NCBI GenBank assembly: GCA_964577685.1
Contig: CAZNZT010000009.1
Coordinates: forward strand, 1 to 62,795
Direction of reading: 5' to 3'
DNA from: an uncultured Methanosarcinales archaeon
GTDB lineage: Archaea > Nanobdellota > Nanobdellia > Woesearchaeales > JACPBV01
Length of the DNA: 62,795 nucleotides
Shown here: positions 1-9,800 of the stretch, piece by piece
Layout: every line of letters starts with the position of its first letter
Position numbering within the stretch: position 1 is the stretch's first letter
Notes under the pieces: model-generated
What the model was told of the DNA's origin: nothing
Seen by the model: only the letters and a program-made list of their open reading frames with translations
The model's database searches: none
Translations under genes and position numbers: made by a program

Positions 1-117
1 TAATGCTATTCCTTGTGAATTGTATACTTAATAACTTTACTTTACAAAAACAAAAGATTTTTATATTCTCTAGGTTAAGATTTATATAGGTTCTGTTATT
101 CACAAATAGACGCTCAA

Positions 118-1659
118 ATGAAAAAGTCTTTAGAGAGATTTAAGAGATTTGAAGAAGAGTTTGATAATTTGATTAAGAAGGCAGCTGAGAAACAACATAA
201 AAAGAAAAAATTAACAGCAAGAGAACGGATTGGTTTATTGCTTGATAAGGGGAGTTTTATTGAAATTGGGAAGTTTGAGGAGAATAGGTTAAAGGAGTTT
301 GGATTAGATAAGAAGAGAATCCTTTCTGATGCCGTGGTTACTGGTTACGGGACTATTGGGGGTAGAAAGGTTTGTATATTCTCTCAAGATTTTTCTTTTT
401 CTGGTGGGACTCTTGGAGAGGTTCATTCGAAAAAGATATCTGAAATAATAGAACTTGCTATAGAAACCGGAGTTCCTATAATTGGAATATATGATTCTGG
501 GGGTGCAAGAATACAGGAGGGTGTTATTTCTTTGGATGCTTATGCTAAAATATTTCGTTTAAATGTCAAGGCATCTGGTATTATTCCACAGTTTTCTTTG
601 ATATTAGGTCCTTGTGCTGGTGGGGCTTCTTATTCTCCTGCTTTGACAGATTTTATATTTATGGTGAAAGGTATAAGCGAAATGTTTATTACAGGTCCAG
701 GTGTAATAAAAGAAGCAACTGGTGAGAAAGTGTCTATGGAGGAGCTTGGTTCTGGTTATATTCATAGCAAGGTTTCTGGTGTATGTCATTTTTTTCTTGA
801 GAATGAAAAGGAGTGTATGAAAAAATTTATGGAATTATTTTCGTATATGCCATCAAATTACCTCCAATTTCCTCCAAAAGAAAGTGAGTATGATTCGGTA
901 GAGAGAAAAAATAATTCACTGTTGAGAATCGTTCCAGAGAATCTTGATAAGGCCTACGATATGAGAGATGTAATAAATGAACTATTTGATAGAGGAAGTT
1001 TTTTAGAGGTTCAAAAGGAGTATTCACCGAATATTATAGTTGGTTTTGCAAGGCTTGGTGGAATTGCTGTTGGTGTTGTTGCAAATCAGCCGAAATTTAA
1101 GGCTGGATGTCTTGATATAGAATCTTCTCAGAAGTTGTCCAGGTTTGTTAATTTTTGTGATTCTTTTAATTTTCCAATAATAAATCTTGTAGATGTCCCA
1201 GGATATTTACCAGGAAAAAATGAGGAACATCATGGAATTATTAGGCATGGAGCGGATATTTTATTTGCTTATGCAAGTGCTACTGTACCCAAGATTTCTT
1301 TGATAATAAGAAAAGCATATGGAGGAGCATATATTGCTCTTGCTTCTAAGGAACTTGGATTTGATCAGGTGATTGCTTGGCCAACGGCTATAATAGCGGT
1401 TATGGGTACTAAGGAGGCTTGTAAGATTCTTTACAAAAAAGAGGCTGAGAAAGCAAGAAATTTATCAAAATTTTTGCTTGAAAAACAAAAGGAATATGAA
1501 GAAAAGTATCTTAACCCATATTTTGCTGCTAGGGTTGGAGCTATTGATATGATAATAGACCCGGTAAGGTCTAGAGAGTATTTGTTTAAGATTTTGAATG
1601 CTATCTTAGAAAAAAGACAAGTTGTTGTACCAAAAAAACATGGTAATATACCATTATGA
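118..1659 (+). CDS. pccB: Acyl-CoA carboxylase carboxyltransferase (beta) subunit, PccB/MmdA family
   Basis: 513 aa; LTARERI, GGARIQEG, GPCAGG, DVPGYLPG, RKAYGGAY and KKHGNIPL C-terminus. Confidence 0.9.
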   Translation: MKKSLERFKRFEEEFDNLIKKAAEKQHKKKKLTARERIGLLLDKGSFIEIGKFEENRLKEFGLDKKRILSDAVVTGYGTIGGRKVCIFSQDFSFSGGTLGEVHSKKISEIIELAIETGVPIIGIYDSGGARIQEGVISLDAYAKIFRLNVKASGIIPQFSLILGPCAGGASYSPALTDFIFMVKGISEMFITGPGVIKEATGEKVSMEELGSGYIHSKVSGVCHFFLENEKECMKKFMELFSYMPSNYLQFPPKESEYDSVERKNNSLLRIVPENLDKAYDMRDVINELFDRGSFLEVQKEYSPNIIVGFARLGGIAVGVVANQPKFKAGCLDIESSQKLSRFVNFCDSFNFPIINLVDVPGYLPGKNEEHHGIIRHGADILFAYASATVPKISLIIRKAYGGAYIALASKELGFDQVIAWPTAIIAVMGTKEACKILYKKEAEKARNLSKFLLEKQKEYEEKYLNPYFAARVGAIDMIIDPVRSREYLFKILNAILEKRQVVVPKKHGNIPL

Positions 1660-2210
1660 AAAAAATAGGGTTGGTTGTAAATAATAAAGGATATATTGTA
1701 AGTTTTGAGCCTCTTACGGATTATAAATATAAAGTTAAAATCAATAGGAGAAGTTATCTTATTAAACTTGAGGAGACTGATTATGGGTTAGTTTTGCAAT
1801 ATAAAGAAAAAAAGTTTGGTGTGGCTTTAAAGAGGAAGTCATACAATAGATTTGAGGTTTTTATAAATGGGATTGCTTATGATGTTGAGTTGGAAAGTTT
1901 ACATGAACCCACCTATATGGTTCATTTTGAAGGAGAAACTAAGGAGAGAAGAATAGACATTCGTGCTCCTGCACCAGGAATAATAGGTAATATTTTTGTA
2001 AAAGAAGGAAAAAAAGTAAAGAAAGGGGATAGTTTAATCCTACTTTTGACTATGAAGACAGAAAATATAATATCTGCTCCTGAGGAGGGCGTTATAAAGA
2101 AAATATATGTAAACAAAAATCAGACAGTAAATGAAGGAGAACTTTTAATTGATTTTTTTGATACAAAAAAAGAAAATGAAAAGAATAAAAAATCTGCTTA
2201 TTGCAAATAG
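1656..2210 (+). CDS. Biotin carboxyl carrier protein with N-terminal extension
   Basis: C-terminal biotinyl domain (IRAPAPG...VKEG..VKKGD...TMKTEN...APEEG); ATGA overlap with upstream gene. Confidence 0.8.
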   Translation: MKKIGLVVNNKGYIVSFEPLTDYKYKVKINRRSYLIKLEETDYGLVLQYKEKKFGVALKRKSYNRFEVFINGIAYDVELESLHEPTYMVHFEGETKERRIDIRAPAPGIIGNIFVKEGKKVKKGDSLILLLTMKTENIISAPEEGVIKKIYVNKNQTVNEGELLIDFFDTKKENEKNKKSAYCK

Positions 2211-3654
2211 AGGGGAAATTGCTTTGCGGATTATTCAGGCTTGTAGAGAACTTGATATCTCTCCTTTTGTTATTTATTCCGAATCTGATAAGGATTCACT
2301 AGCTTGTAAAGCTGCAGATAAAGCTTTTTTTGTTGGAAAGTCTAATCCCCAGCTTAGTTATTTAAATTTGCCAAAGATAATAAAGATTGCGAAGAAAAAT
2401 AATGTGGATGCTATCCATCCAGGTTATGGTTTTTTATCTGAGTCTCCACTTTTCCCTAAGGTATGTAAGGAAGAGGGCATCATATTTGTAGGACCTCCTG
2501 CCAGAGTAATGAGGCAAATGGGTTTAAAAATAGAGGCGAAAAGATTAGCCCAGAAACTTGGTATTCCTGTTGTTCCTGGTTCTGAGGGATTAGTTGATAG
2601 TGTTGAGTCAGCGAAAAAGGTTATTAAAAGAATGGGACTCCCTGTTATGATAAAAGCTTCTGCTGGTGGCGGTGGGAGAGGCATGAGGGTTGTTAATAGG
2701 ATTGATGAATTAGAAAAGGCGTTTTATCTTTCTAAATCAGAAGCAAATGAGAGTTTTGGGGATGACAGCGTGTACATAGAGAAATATATTAAAAAACCGA
2801 GACACGTTGAGGTACAAATACTTGGTGATAATTTTGGTAATGTAGTTCATTTATTTGAGAGGGAATGTAGTGTACAGAGGAATCATCAAAAACTTATTGA
2901 GGAAGCCCCATGCCCAGTACTTAGTGAGGAGGAAAGAAAAAGGATAACATCTTATGCTGTAAGGATTGCAAAGGCAATTGGCTATAGAAGTGCTGGTACT
3001 GTAGAGTTTATTATGGACTATAGTAGGAATATATATTTTAATGAAATGAATACAAGAATTCAAGTTGAACATGGGATTACAGAGTTGATAACAGGAATAG
3101 ATATTGTAAAAGAGCAGATAAGAATATCTTCAGGTTTTCCTGTTTCTTTTAAGCAAAGGGACGTTAGAATCTTTGGACATGCGTTTGAGTGCAGGATTAA
3201 TGCAGAGAACCCTAAGAAAAATTTTGAAGGTTCATTTGGTCGAATAACTAATTATAGTGCACCCAAAGGTATTGGACTTCGTCTTGATACGTTTATTGAA
3301 AAGGGAACACTAATTACCCCCTTCTATGACTCATTGATAGCTAAATTAATGTCTTTTGGCAGGGATAGGAATGAGGCTTTAGGCAGAATGCTTTTTTTTC
3401 TAAATCAATTTATAGTGGAGGGAATAGAAACGAATTTGGAAATGCATAGACTTATATTTAAAAATAAGGGCTTTATAAAAGCAGATTTATCAACAGATTT
3501 TGTAAAAGATAATCGAATTTTGGAAACATTAAAGAAAAAAGAAAAGCCTCAAGAACTTTTAGATGTAGCTCTGATTGCAGCCACTATCAATGAGTTCTAT
3601 AAAAAGGAACAGACAAAGGAATTGGATTCTTGGGTTCTTAGCAGTAGGACATAG
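2176..3654 (+). CDS. accC: Biotin carboxylase
   Basis: LIANRGEIA, HPGYGFLSE, KASAGGGGRG, RECSVQRNHQK, EMNTRIQVEH, ECRINAE, FYDSLIAK; ATG at 2176 preferred. Confidence 0.93.
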   Translation: MKRIKNLLIANRGEIALRIIQACRELDISPFVIYSESDKDSLACKAADKAFFVGKSNPQLSYLNLPKIIKIAKKNNVDAIHPGYGFLSESPLFPKVCKEEGIIFVGPPARVMRQMGLKIEAKRLAQKLGIPVVPGSEGLVDSVESAKKVIKRMGLPVMIKASAGGGGRGMRVVNRIDELEKAFYLSKSEANESFGDDSVYIEKYIKKPRHVEVQILGDNFGNVVHLFERECSVQRNHQKLIEEAPCPVLSEEERKRITSYAVRIAKAIGYRSAGTVEFIMDYSRNIYFNEMNTRIQVEHGITELITGIDIVKEQIRISSGFPVSFKQRDVRIFGHAFECRINAENPKKNFEGSFGRITNYSAPKGIGLRLDTFIEKGTLITPFYDSLIAKLMSFGRDRNEALGRMLFFLNQFIVEGIETNLEMHRLIFKNKGFIKADLSTDFVKDNRILETLKKKEKPQELLDVALIAATINEFYKKEQTKELDSWVLSSRT

Positions 3655-3655
3655 T

Positions 3656-4495
3656 TTATCTTTTAATCATTCTATAAAAATTTTTATGGAATATTTTGTT
3701 TTTTATATTCTCTTTAATGTTTAATCTTTTTATTGATTCTACAAAATCTTTCATCCTGTGTATCTTTCTTCCAAATGGGGTGGGATAGTCTGTCCCAAAG
3801 ATTATTTTGTTTTCGCCTATTCTTTCTATTGTATTTTCGTCTAATAGTTTTGGTATTTCATAGAGATATGCGGATGTGTCAATGTATACATTTGGATGTT
3901 TTTCTACAACCATAAAAGCTTCATTATTCCATAGTGTTCCTAAATGTGTAAGCATAATTTTTAATTTTGGGAAACAATTTGCAACTTCATCAATAAGAAG
4001 AGGGTTTGCTTGTTCAAGTTTAACTATATTTCCGAAAGGTGTAGAGCCTGTATGAAAAACAACTGGGATCTTCATTTTAACCAGAGTTTCATATACAGGG
4101 AAGACTTTTTTGTCATTAGGGTAGAAATTCTGTAGTGGCGGATGAAATTTGCAACCTTTGAAACTAAACTTTTTTATTTTTGCTTCTAGTTTGTCACTTG
4201 CATCTTTTTCTAATGGATTTACAGATCCAAATCCAATAAACCTTTTAGGATAAGCTTTTACTAGTTTTGCAACATACTCATTTGATGAATATACTATTGG
4301 TGCTTCCATGGCATATAAGACAGATTTTGAGATATTCGCTTCATCCATTTGTTTTATTAATGTCTTTACAGAGAGAAAAGGAATTAATTTTAGTGATTTC
4401 CTATAAACCGATGTTCCAGATAGAATTTTATTTGTTATTGGATTAACGACTTTCTTTGCTTCTACCATATGCACATGAGCATTTATTATTTCCAT
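3656..4495 (-). CDS. Amidohydrolase-2 family metal-dependent hydrolase
   Basis: NAHVH, KFHPP, HTG, THLG, DTS and FGTDYP motifs. Confidence 0.85.
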   Translation of the reverse strand: MEIINAHVHMVEAKKVVNPITNKILSGTSVYRKSLKLIPFLSVKTLIKQMDEANISKSVLYAMEAPIVYSSNEYVAKLVKAYPKRFIGFGSVNPLEKDASDKLEAKIKKFSFKGCKFHPPLQNFYPNDKKVFPVYETLVKMKIPVVFHTGSTPFGNIVKLEQANPLLIDEVANCFPKLKIMLTHLGTLWNNEAFMVVEKHPNVYIDTSAYLYEIPKLLDENTIERIGENKIIFGTDYPTPFGRKIHRMKDFVESIKRLNIKENIKNKIFHKNFYRMIKR

Positions 4496-4497
4496 TT

Positions 4498-5322
4498 TTA
4501 CAATTTTTGTTCTGGTATTCTCTCAAAGAAAGGATCGTATAAGGCGTATCTTGGAGCTAAACTAATTCTCTTCCTTCCTAAAATGATTTTTATTGTTTCG
4601 TTGGCCATCATAACAGCGGTTAACCAGACAGTTGGAGCAAATGTTCTTGCACTAAGCTCCCCTATTATCATTTTTTTAAGAGCTCTAGGAGAATAAAATT
4701 TGGAGATGTCCTCTATTTTTGATAGTGAGTATATGACTTTAGCGTGGAGCTTCCTAAACTCTTCTTCTGAAAAAAAATCTAATGCTTTTCCTTTCGTTGG
4801 TAGTCCGTATACCTCTTCTAGTGAGGGTGTCTTTTCTGTGAAAACCCTAACATTGCCGTATATTATAGCCCATCCCTCCACCACCGGTATTTTTAATTTT
4901 CTTGCAATCCTTTCTATCATAACATATGCTTTAAACTCATCTAAAGCCAATACTGCAACATTTGCTTTCCTAAGCATCTTTTTAATGTTTTTTTCATTAC
5001 AACTATCAAATTTATAGACCTTTAATTCAGGATTTATGTCTTTTAGAAATCTCTCAGTAACATCTACTTTTCTTTTTCCAATAGTTGAAGAAAAGGCGAA
5101 AATTTGTCTGTTGAGGTTTGTAATATCAAAACTATCTTTATCAACAATCCTTAGTGAACCAACTCCAACACGCGTTAGTATTTCTGCAATCACTCCACCC
5201 AATCCTCCAACACCAAATATAGCGACGCAGGAGTTTTTTAGTTTATCTTGTTCTTTTTCTGTGAGAATGCCTATATTTCTCTCTACCATTCTACTATATC
5301 TTTTTGACCACTTCATTTTCAT
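4498..5322 (-). CDS. ThiF/HesA/MoeB (E1-like) adenylyltransferase
   Basis: EQDKLKNS..AIFGVGGLG, VDKDSFDITNLNRQ, GKRKVD; no Zn-binding CxxC pairs. Confidence 0.85.
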   Translation of the reverse strand: MKMKWSKRYSRMVERNIGILTEKEQDKLKNSCVAIFGVGGLGGVIAEILTRVGVGSLRIVDKDSFDITNLNRQIFAFSSTIGKRKVDVTERFLKDINPELKVYKFDSCNEKNIKKMLRKANVAVLALDEFKAYVMIERIARKLKIPVVEGWAIIYGNVRVFTEKTPSLEEVYGLPTKGKALDFFSEEEFRKLHAKVIYSLSKIEDISKFYSPRALKKMIIGELSARTFAPTVWLTAVMMANETIKIILGRKRISLAPRYALYDPFFERIPEQKL

Positions 5323-6329
5323 TTTTTTAGTAGTTCATATAGAAGCTTAAATGTCATATCAATATCATTTAAACTTGCAATTGTGAATGTTGTGTGTACA
5401 TTTCTTACAGGAACGCATACCGAGGTGCATGGTATTCCTTCTTTTGAAACTTCTATGTTTGTTGCGTCTGTAGTTCCTTTTTCATTTATTTCAAGCTGGT
5501 ACTTTATTTTATTCTTTTTTGCTATCTTTTTTAGTGTTTCATTTAGTTTTGAGTCTGAAATCATATTAGGGTCTTCTATAGTTATTGCTGGTCCTTCATT
5601 TAAGATTATTGTAGGTTCTTCTTCGAAGTCATTAGTATCAGTAACATCTACAGCTATTGCAAAATCTGGATTAAGATTATAAGCGAATGTTGAGCCACCG
5701 GTTAGTCCAATCTCTTCTTGAATTGAGAAAATGTAGTAGATTTCGTTTGGAGTGTTTTTTAGTTTTTTTGCTAATCCTAGGAGTATGCTGCATCCGACTC
5801 TATTATCAATAGCTTTAGAAACTATTAATTTGTTGTTAGCTATGAACATTGGATTTTCAAGGAATACAATATTTGATCCAATCTCAACACCTTTTTTTAT
5901 TAGTTCTTTTTTTGCTAGTCCTGTATCTATTATCATGTCTTCTAGTTTCAAGTTTTCTTCAAGATTATCCCCTTTTGAGATTCTCTTTGTTGTTATTATT
6001 CCTGGAATCCTTTCTTTTTTTGTTATTATTGCAATTCTCTCTCCTACAAATATGCTAAGATCTGATGTACCCACAGGTTCAATTTCAATTGAACCATTAT
6101 TGTGGATTTTTCTTACAAGAAATCCGATTTCATCCATATGGGCTGCTAGCATTATTCTTTTCTTTCTTCCTCTGTGGATTGCTATTAGGTTTCCTAGTTT
6201 ATCTGTTCTTACTTCATCAACTAATGGTTTTATTTGCTTTTTTATGAAATCTCTAACATTTGATTCAAAACCAGATATCCCATGAATAGAAAGTAATTTT
6301 AATAGTAATTGTTTATCCTCTTTTTCCAT
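5319..6329 (-). CDS. M42 family (TET-like) metallo-aminopeptidase
   Basis: SGFE, AAHMDEIG, KAIDNR, QEEIG, AVDV, GTTDA and VHT motifs; GGTGA RBS. Confidence 0.9.
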   Translation of the reverse strand: MEKEDKQLLLKLLSIHGISGFESNVRDFIKKQIKPLVDEVRTDKLGNLIAIHRGRKKRIMLAAHMDEIGFLVRKIHNNGSIEIEPVGTSDLSIFVGERIAIITKKERIPGIITTKRISKGDNLEENLKLEDMIIDTGLAKKELIKKGVEIGSNIVFLENPMFIANNKLIVSKAIDNRVGCSILLGLAKKLKNTPNEIYYIFSIQEEIGLTGGSTFAYNLNPDFAIAVDVTDTNDFEEEPTIILNEGPAITIEDPNMISDSKLNETLKKIAKKNKIKYQLEINEKGTTDATNIEVSKEGIPCTSVCVPVRNVHTTFTIASLNDIDMTFKLLYELLKK

Positions 6330-6340
6330 ATTTTCACCAG

Positions 6341-6363
6341 AAAAAAATGGGGCAAATGCCCCA
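6341..6363 (-). terminator. Hairpin plus T-tract terminator after the Arg-rich peptide gene
   Basis: Minus strand TGGGGC-ATTT-GCCCCA followed by TTTTTTT. Confidence 0.7.
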
Positions 6364-6376
6364 ATCTTCTTTTTTT

Positions 6377-6457
6377 CTACCTTCTTCTCCTAGATGTTCT
6401 CCTGCGAGAAGAGTTTCTTGTGGTTCTTCTTCTTGTTGACCTTCTCCTTGTAGCCAT
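6377..6457 (-). CDS. 26-aa protamine-like Arg/Ser/Thr peptide MATRRRSTRRRTTRNSSRRRTSRRRR (not in ORF track)
   Basis: Manual translation; GGAGGT RBS at 6465-6470, TATA box upstream, terminator downstream. Confidence 0.8.
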   Translation of the reverse strand: MATRRRSTRRRTTRNSSRRRTSRRRR

Positions 6458-6500
6458 TTTTCCTACCTCCTTTGGTTAATACTTTTTTTCTGGGATAACA

Positions 6501-6518
6501 CATATAAATATTTTTCTA
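6501..6518 (-). promoter_or_regulatory. Archaeal BRE/TATA promoter of the Arg-rich peptide gene
   Basis: Minus strand AGAAAAATA-TTTATATG about 45 nt upstream of the ATG. Confidence 0.6.
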
Positions 6519-6548
6519 AATTTTTTCTGAGAAATTAAAGTTTTGGTT

Positions 6549-6851
6549 TTATTTTAATTCATCATTAATCCATTTGTTATATTTCTGATTTGGTTTTGCT
6601 TTGATCTTTAGAATACATGGTATTTTATAAGAATGTATTTTTTTAATCTCTTTTTTTATTTTATTGTAATTCTTTTCCTTTGTTTTTGCTATTATAACTG
6701 TTTCTTTACTTTCTTCTATCTTTCCTTGCCATAGATATGTACTATCTATTTGGTGCATATTGGCACAGGCAATTAGTTTCTTTTCTAATAAATGTTTACT
6801 TATTTTTTTTGCTTCTTTAGTATTTTTGCAGGTGATATAGATTAGTATCAT
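6549..6851 (-). CDS. cutA: Divalent-cation tolerance protein CutA
   Basis: YIT...LLEKKLIACAN...STYLWQGKIE...E...KT...HSYKIPCI; second Met used as start. Confidence 0.9.
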   Translation of the reverse strand: MILIYITCKNTKEAKKISKHLLEKKLIACANMHQIDSTYLWQGKIEESKETVIIAKTKEKNYNKIKKEIKKIHSYKIPCILKIKAKPNQKYNKWINDELK

Positions 6852-6904
6852 ATTGGTAAGATGTATCATTAAATTTAAATAACTTACTGTAATCTTAGGT
6901 TATC

Positions 6905-7849
6905 ATGAGGAGATTGTATATATTTTCGAATGTAATTGGAATATTTATCTTTAATGAACAATTTCAAATTTTTGATAAATATCTGTTTGTTAATAGTGAA
7001 CAATACAAAAATAAAGATTCTATAGAAAAGAGATTCTATAAGAAATACCCAGGGCTTAAAAAACCCACCAAGGATGGGATTAAAAAGATATTGGCTTTTT
7101 TTAAGAATAAAAATTTCTTTGAAGAGTTCCATAAAAAAAATATTCTTATAACAAAAAAAATGATTAAGGATTCTATTAATGAGGACTTGTTGATTATACA
7201 GGCAGTAAGTGCTATTGAAGAGCTTGAAAAGTCTATAAATATCTTGATGAAGAGATTAAGGGAATGGTATGGTCTTTATGCTCCTGAGTCTGAGCATTAT
7301 TTACAAGACCAAGAGAGGTTTTTAAAATGTGTTTTAGGGGAATACAAGGAGGAAATTCCTAGTGTTATGGGAGCTAACTTTTCTGAGCGTGATTTGATGC
7401 CTATCATTAAGCTTGCTGAAGAAATAAAAAGGCTTTATGAACTAAAAAGCAAGAATGAATTGTATCTTGAGGGTATGATGGAAAGCTATTGCCCTAATCT
7501 TGTCTCCATAGCTGGTGTGAAGATTGGTGCGAAGTTAATAAAGCATAGTGGTTCACTAAAGAGACTTGTTGAGTCACCTGCTTCTAAGATTCAGCTTTTG
7601 GGTGCAGAGAAAGCATTGTTTAGACATATTAGGACCGGGAGTAAGGCACCTAAACATGGTTATATATTTCAGCATCCTCTTATTGTTAATGCACCAAAAG
7701 AGCTTCATGGAAAAATTGCAAGGACTATTGCTGATAAGATAGCACTAGCGGTAAGGATAGATTATTTTAGAGGGAAGTTTGTAGGTAATAAGTTGAGGAA
7801 AGAATTGGAAGAGAGGGTTAAAAAAGAAGAATTAAGGGTTAAGAAATGA
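6905..7849 (+). CDS. nop5: Nop5/Nop56 box C/D sRNP protein (compact)
   Basis: RLREWYGLYAPE, PASKIQLLGAEKALFRH, PKHGYIFQHP, GKIAR; adjacent to fibrillarin. Confidence 0.9.
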   Translation: MRRLYIFSNVIGIFIFNEQFQIFDKYLFVNSEQYKNKDSIEKRFYKKYPGLKKPTKDGIKKILAFFKNKNFFEEFHKKNILITKKMIKDSINEDLLIIQAVSAIEELEKSINILMKRLREWYGLYAPESEHYLQDQERFLKCVLGEYKEEIPSVMGANFSERDLMPIIKLAEEIKRLYELKSKNELYLEGMMESYCPNLVSIAGVKIGAKLIKHSGSLKRLVESPASKIQLLGAEKALFRHIRTGSKAPKHGYIFQHPLIVNAPKELHGKIARTIADKIALAVRIDYFRGKFVGNKLRKELEERVKKEELRVKK

Positions 7850-8508
7850 TAAAAAAATCAAGGATTTTTGGCGTTTATGAAGACAAAAAAAGAAAGCTCT
7901 ATACTATAAATTTAACTCCTGGAAAGAGGGTTTATGGAGAGAATTTGGTAAAAGAAAATGGTATAGAGTATAGGGGATGGAATCCGAGAAAGTCAAAGCT
8001 TGCAGCTATGATTCTGAAGGGATGTCCTAATATATTTATCAGGGAAGGCAGCGTTGTTTTATATCTAGGATGCAGCACTGGGACTACATGCAGTCATGTT
8101 TCTGATATAGTTGGAAATAATGGATTTATTTTTGCTTTGGATTTTGCACCAAGGGTTATGAGAGAAATGATTTTTGTAACTGAATTTAGAAGGAATATCG
8201 CTCCTATTCTTGCTGATGCTAATTTTCCGGAATCTTATTTAGATAGAATTAGTCAGGTTGATGTGTTGTACCAAGATATTGCTCAAAAGAATCAATTGGA
8301 AATCTTCCTAAAGAATATAGATTTTTTTCTAAAGCCAGGAGGATTTGCACTTTTGGTAGTAAAGGCGAGGTCTATAGATGTTTCAGAAAAACCTAAATTG
8401 ATCTTTAGTAAGATAAGAGGTGAATTAGAGAAGAGTCTTAAGATTGTTGATTCTAGGACACTGGAGCCGTATGAGTTAGATCACATGATGTTTATTTGCA
8501 AGAAGTAG
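7846..8508 (+). CDS. flpA: Fibrillarin-like rRNA/tRNA 2'-O-methyltransferase
   Basis: VYGE, WNPRKSKLAA, VLYLG.STGTT.SHVSD, KARSID, LEPYELDH. Confidence 0.95.
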   Translation: MIKKSRIFGVYEDKKRKLYTINLTPGKRVYGENLVKENGIEYRGWNPRKSKLAAMILKGCPNIFIREGSVVLYLGCSTGTTCSHVSDIVGNNGFIFALDFAPRVMREMIFVTEFRRNIAPILADANFPESYLDRISQVDVLYQDIAQKNQLEIFLKNIDFFLKPGGFALLVVKARSIDVSEKPKLIFSKIRGELEKSLKIVDSRTLEPYELDHMMFICKK

Positions 8509-8587
8509 GTTTGTATTTTAAGTTTTTAAGCTTTTACAAAACCGAAGATTTTTTAAACCCTTTGTTAATTTCTTTTAGAGGGAAAGA

Positions 8588-9475
8588 ATGGAAAAGGGGG
8601 TAGAAAAAAGCACTTATAGGTTGAAGAAAGGATTAGCAGAGATGCTAAAGGGCGGAGTGATAATGGATGTTGTCACTGCAGAACAAGCTAAAATAGCAGA
8701 GAAGGCTGGTGCTGTAGCTGTAATGGCTTTAGAGAAGGTACCAGCGGATATAAGGGCTGCAGGGGGAGTTGCAAGAATGGCAGACCCCAAGAAGGTAAAG
8801 GAAATAATGGACGCTGTTAGTATACCTGTTATGGCAAAGTGTAGGATAGGACATTTTGTTGAAGCTCAGATTCTTGAGGCCTTAGGTGTTGATTATATAG
8901 ATGAGAGCGAGGTTCTAACTCCTGCCGATGAGAAATACCATATAGATAAGCATAGATTTAGAGTACCTTTTGTTTGTGGTGCTAAGAATTTAGGGGAAGC
9001 TTTAAGAAGAATAAATGAGGGGGCAGCGATGATTAGGACAAAAGGGGAGGCTGGAACAGGCAATGTTGTTGAGGCTGTAAAGCATATGAGGTTAATAAAT
9101 GAGCAAATAATAGAGTTAAAGTCAATGTCACGCAAACAATTAAAACAAAAGGCTGTTGAATATAGGATTCCTTTAAGTTTAATTGAAGAAGTAAAAAGCT
9201 TAAAAAGATTACCTGTTGTTAATTTTGCCGCTGGGGGAATAGCAACCCCAGCTGATGCAGCAATGATGATGCAATTAGGTGCGGATGGGGTTTTTGTTGG
9301 TTCAGGTATTTTTAAGTCTTCAAACCCAAAGGCTAGAGCAAAAGCAATAGTAGAGGCAACAACCCATTATAATGATCCTAAAATCATAGAAAAAGTTTCT
9401 GAAGGTATTGGTGAGGCAATGAAGGGTCTGGATATATCAAAATTAGACATAAAGTTGCAAGAAAGAGGTTGGTGA
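8588..9475 (+). CDS. pdxS: Pyridoxal 5'-phosphate synthase lyase subunit
   Basis: [39 protein letters not shown] end. Confidence 0.97.
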   Translation: MEKGVEKSTYRLKKGLAEMLKGGVIMDVVTAEQAKIAEKAGAVAVMALEKVPADIRAAGGVARMADPKKVKEIMDAVSIPVMAKCRIGHFVEAQILEALGVDYIDESEVLTPADEKYHIDKHRFRVPFVCGAKNLGEALRRINEGAAMIRTKGEAGTGNVVEAVKHMRLINEQIIELKSMSRKQLKQKAVEYRIPLSLIEEVKSLKRLPVVNFAAGGIATPADAAMMMQLGADGVFVGSGIFKSSNPKARAKAIVEATTHYNDPKIIEKVSEGIGEAMKGLDISKLDIKLQERGW

Positions 9476-9479
9476 TTTG

Positions 9480-9800
9480 ATGGGGGGTATTGAGGTTATT
9501 AAAAGGCTAAGAGATTTTGAAACTCAATATGAAAAAAAATTGACCCAGTTAAAGGAAGATTTTACAAAAAGAATTGAAGAAGAAAAGAAAAAGATTGAAG
9601 AGAAAATAAAAAAAGAAAAGGAATTGATGGAAGAAGAACTTATCGAAGCTGTTAAAAAATCAAAGGAAAAAGCAAAAAGCGATTCAGAGAGTATAATTCT
9701 TAGATATAAAGAGAGAATTAAGAAATTGGAAAAAAGTTACTCAAAAAACTTTGATAAGGCTGTTAATAGGATATTTGATAGCGTAATAGAAAATGTTTAG
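9480..9800 (+). CDS. A/V-type ATP synthase subunit H/G (peripheral stalk)
   Basis: Charged coiled-coil protein first in the ATPase operon; GGTGA RBS before ATG 9480. Confidence 0.7.
   Translation: MGGIEVIKRLRDFETQYEKKLTQLKEDFTKRIEEEKKKIEEKIKKEKELMEEELIEAVKKSKEKAKSDSESIILRYKERIKKLEKSYSKNFDKAVNRIFDSVIENV

Noticed and set aside
6377..6457. Arg-rich peptide as ribosomal protein L41e
   Set aside because: Similar size and charge, but it lacks the KW.KK pattern and has no Lys or Trp; identity cannot be supported
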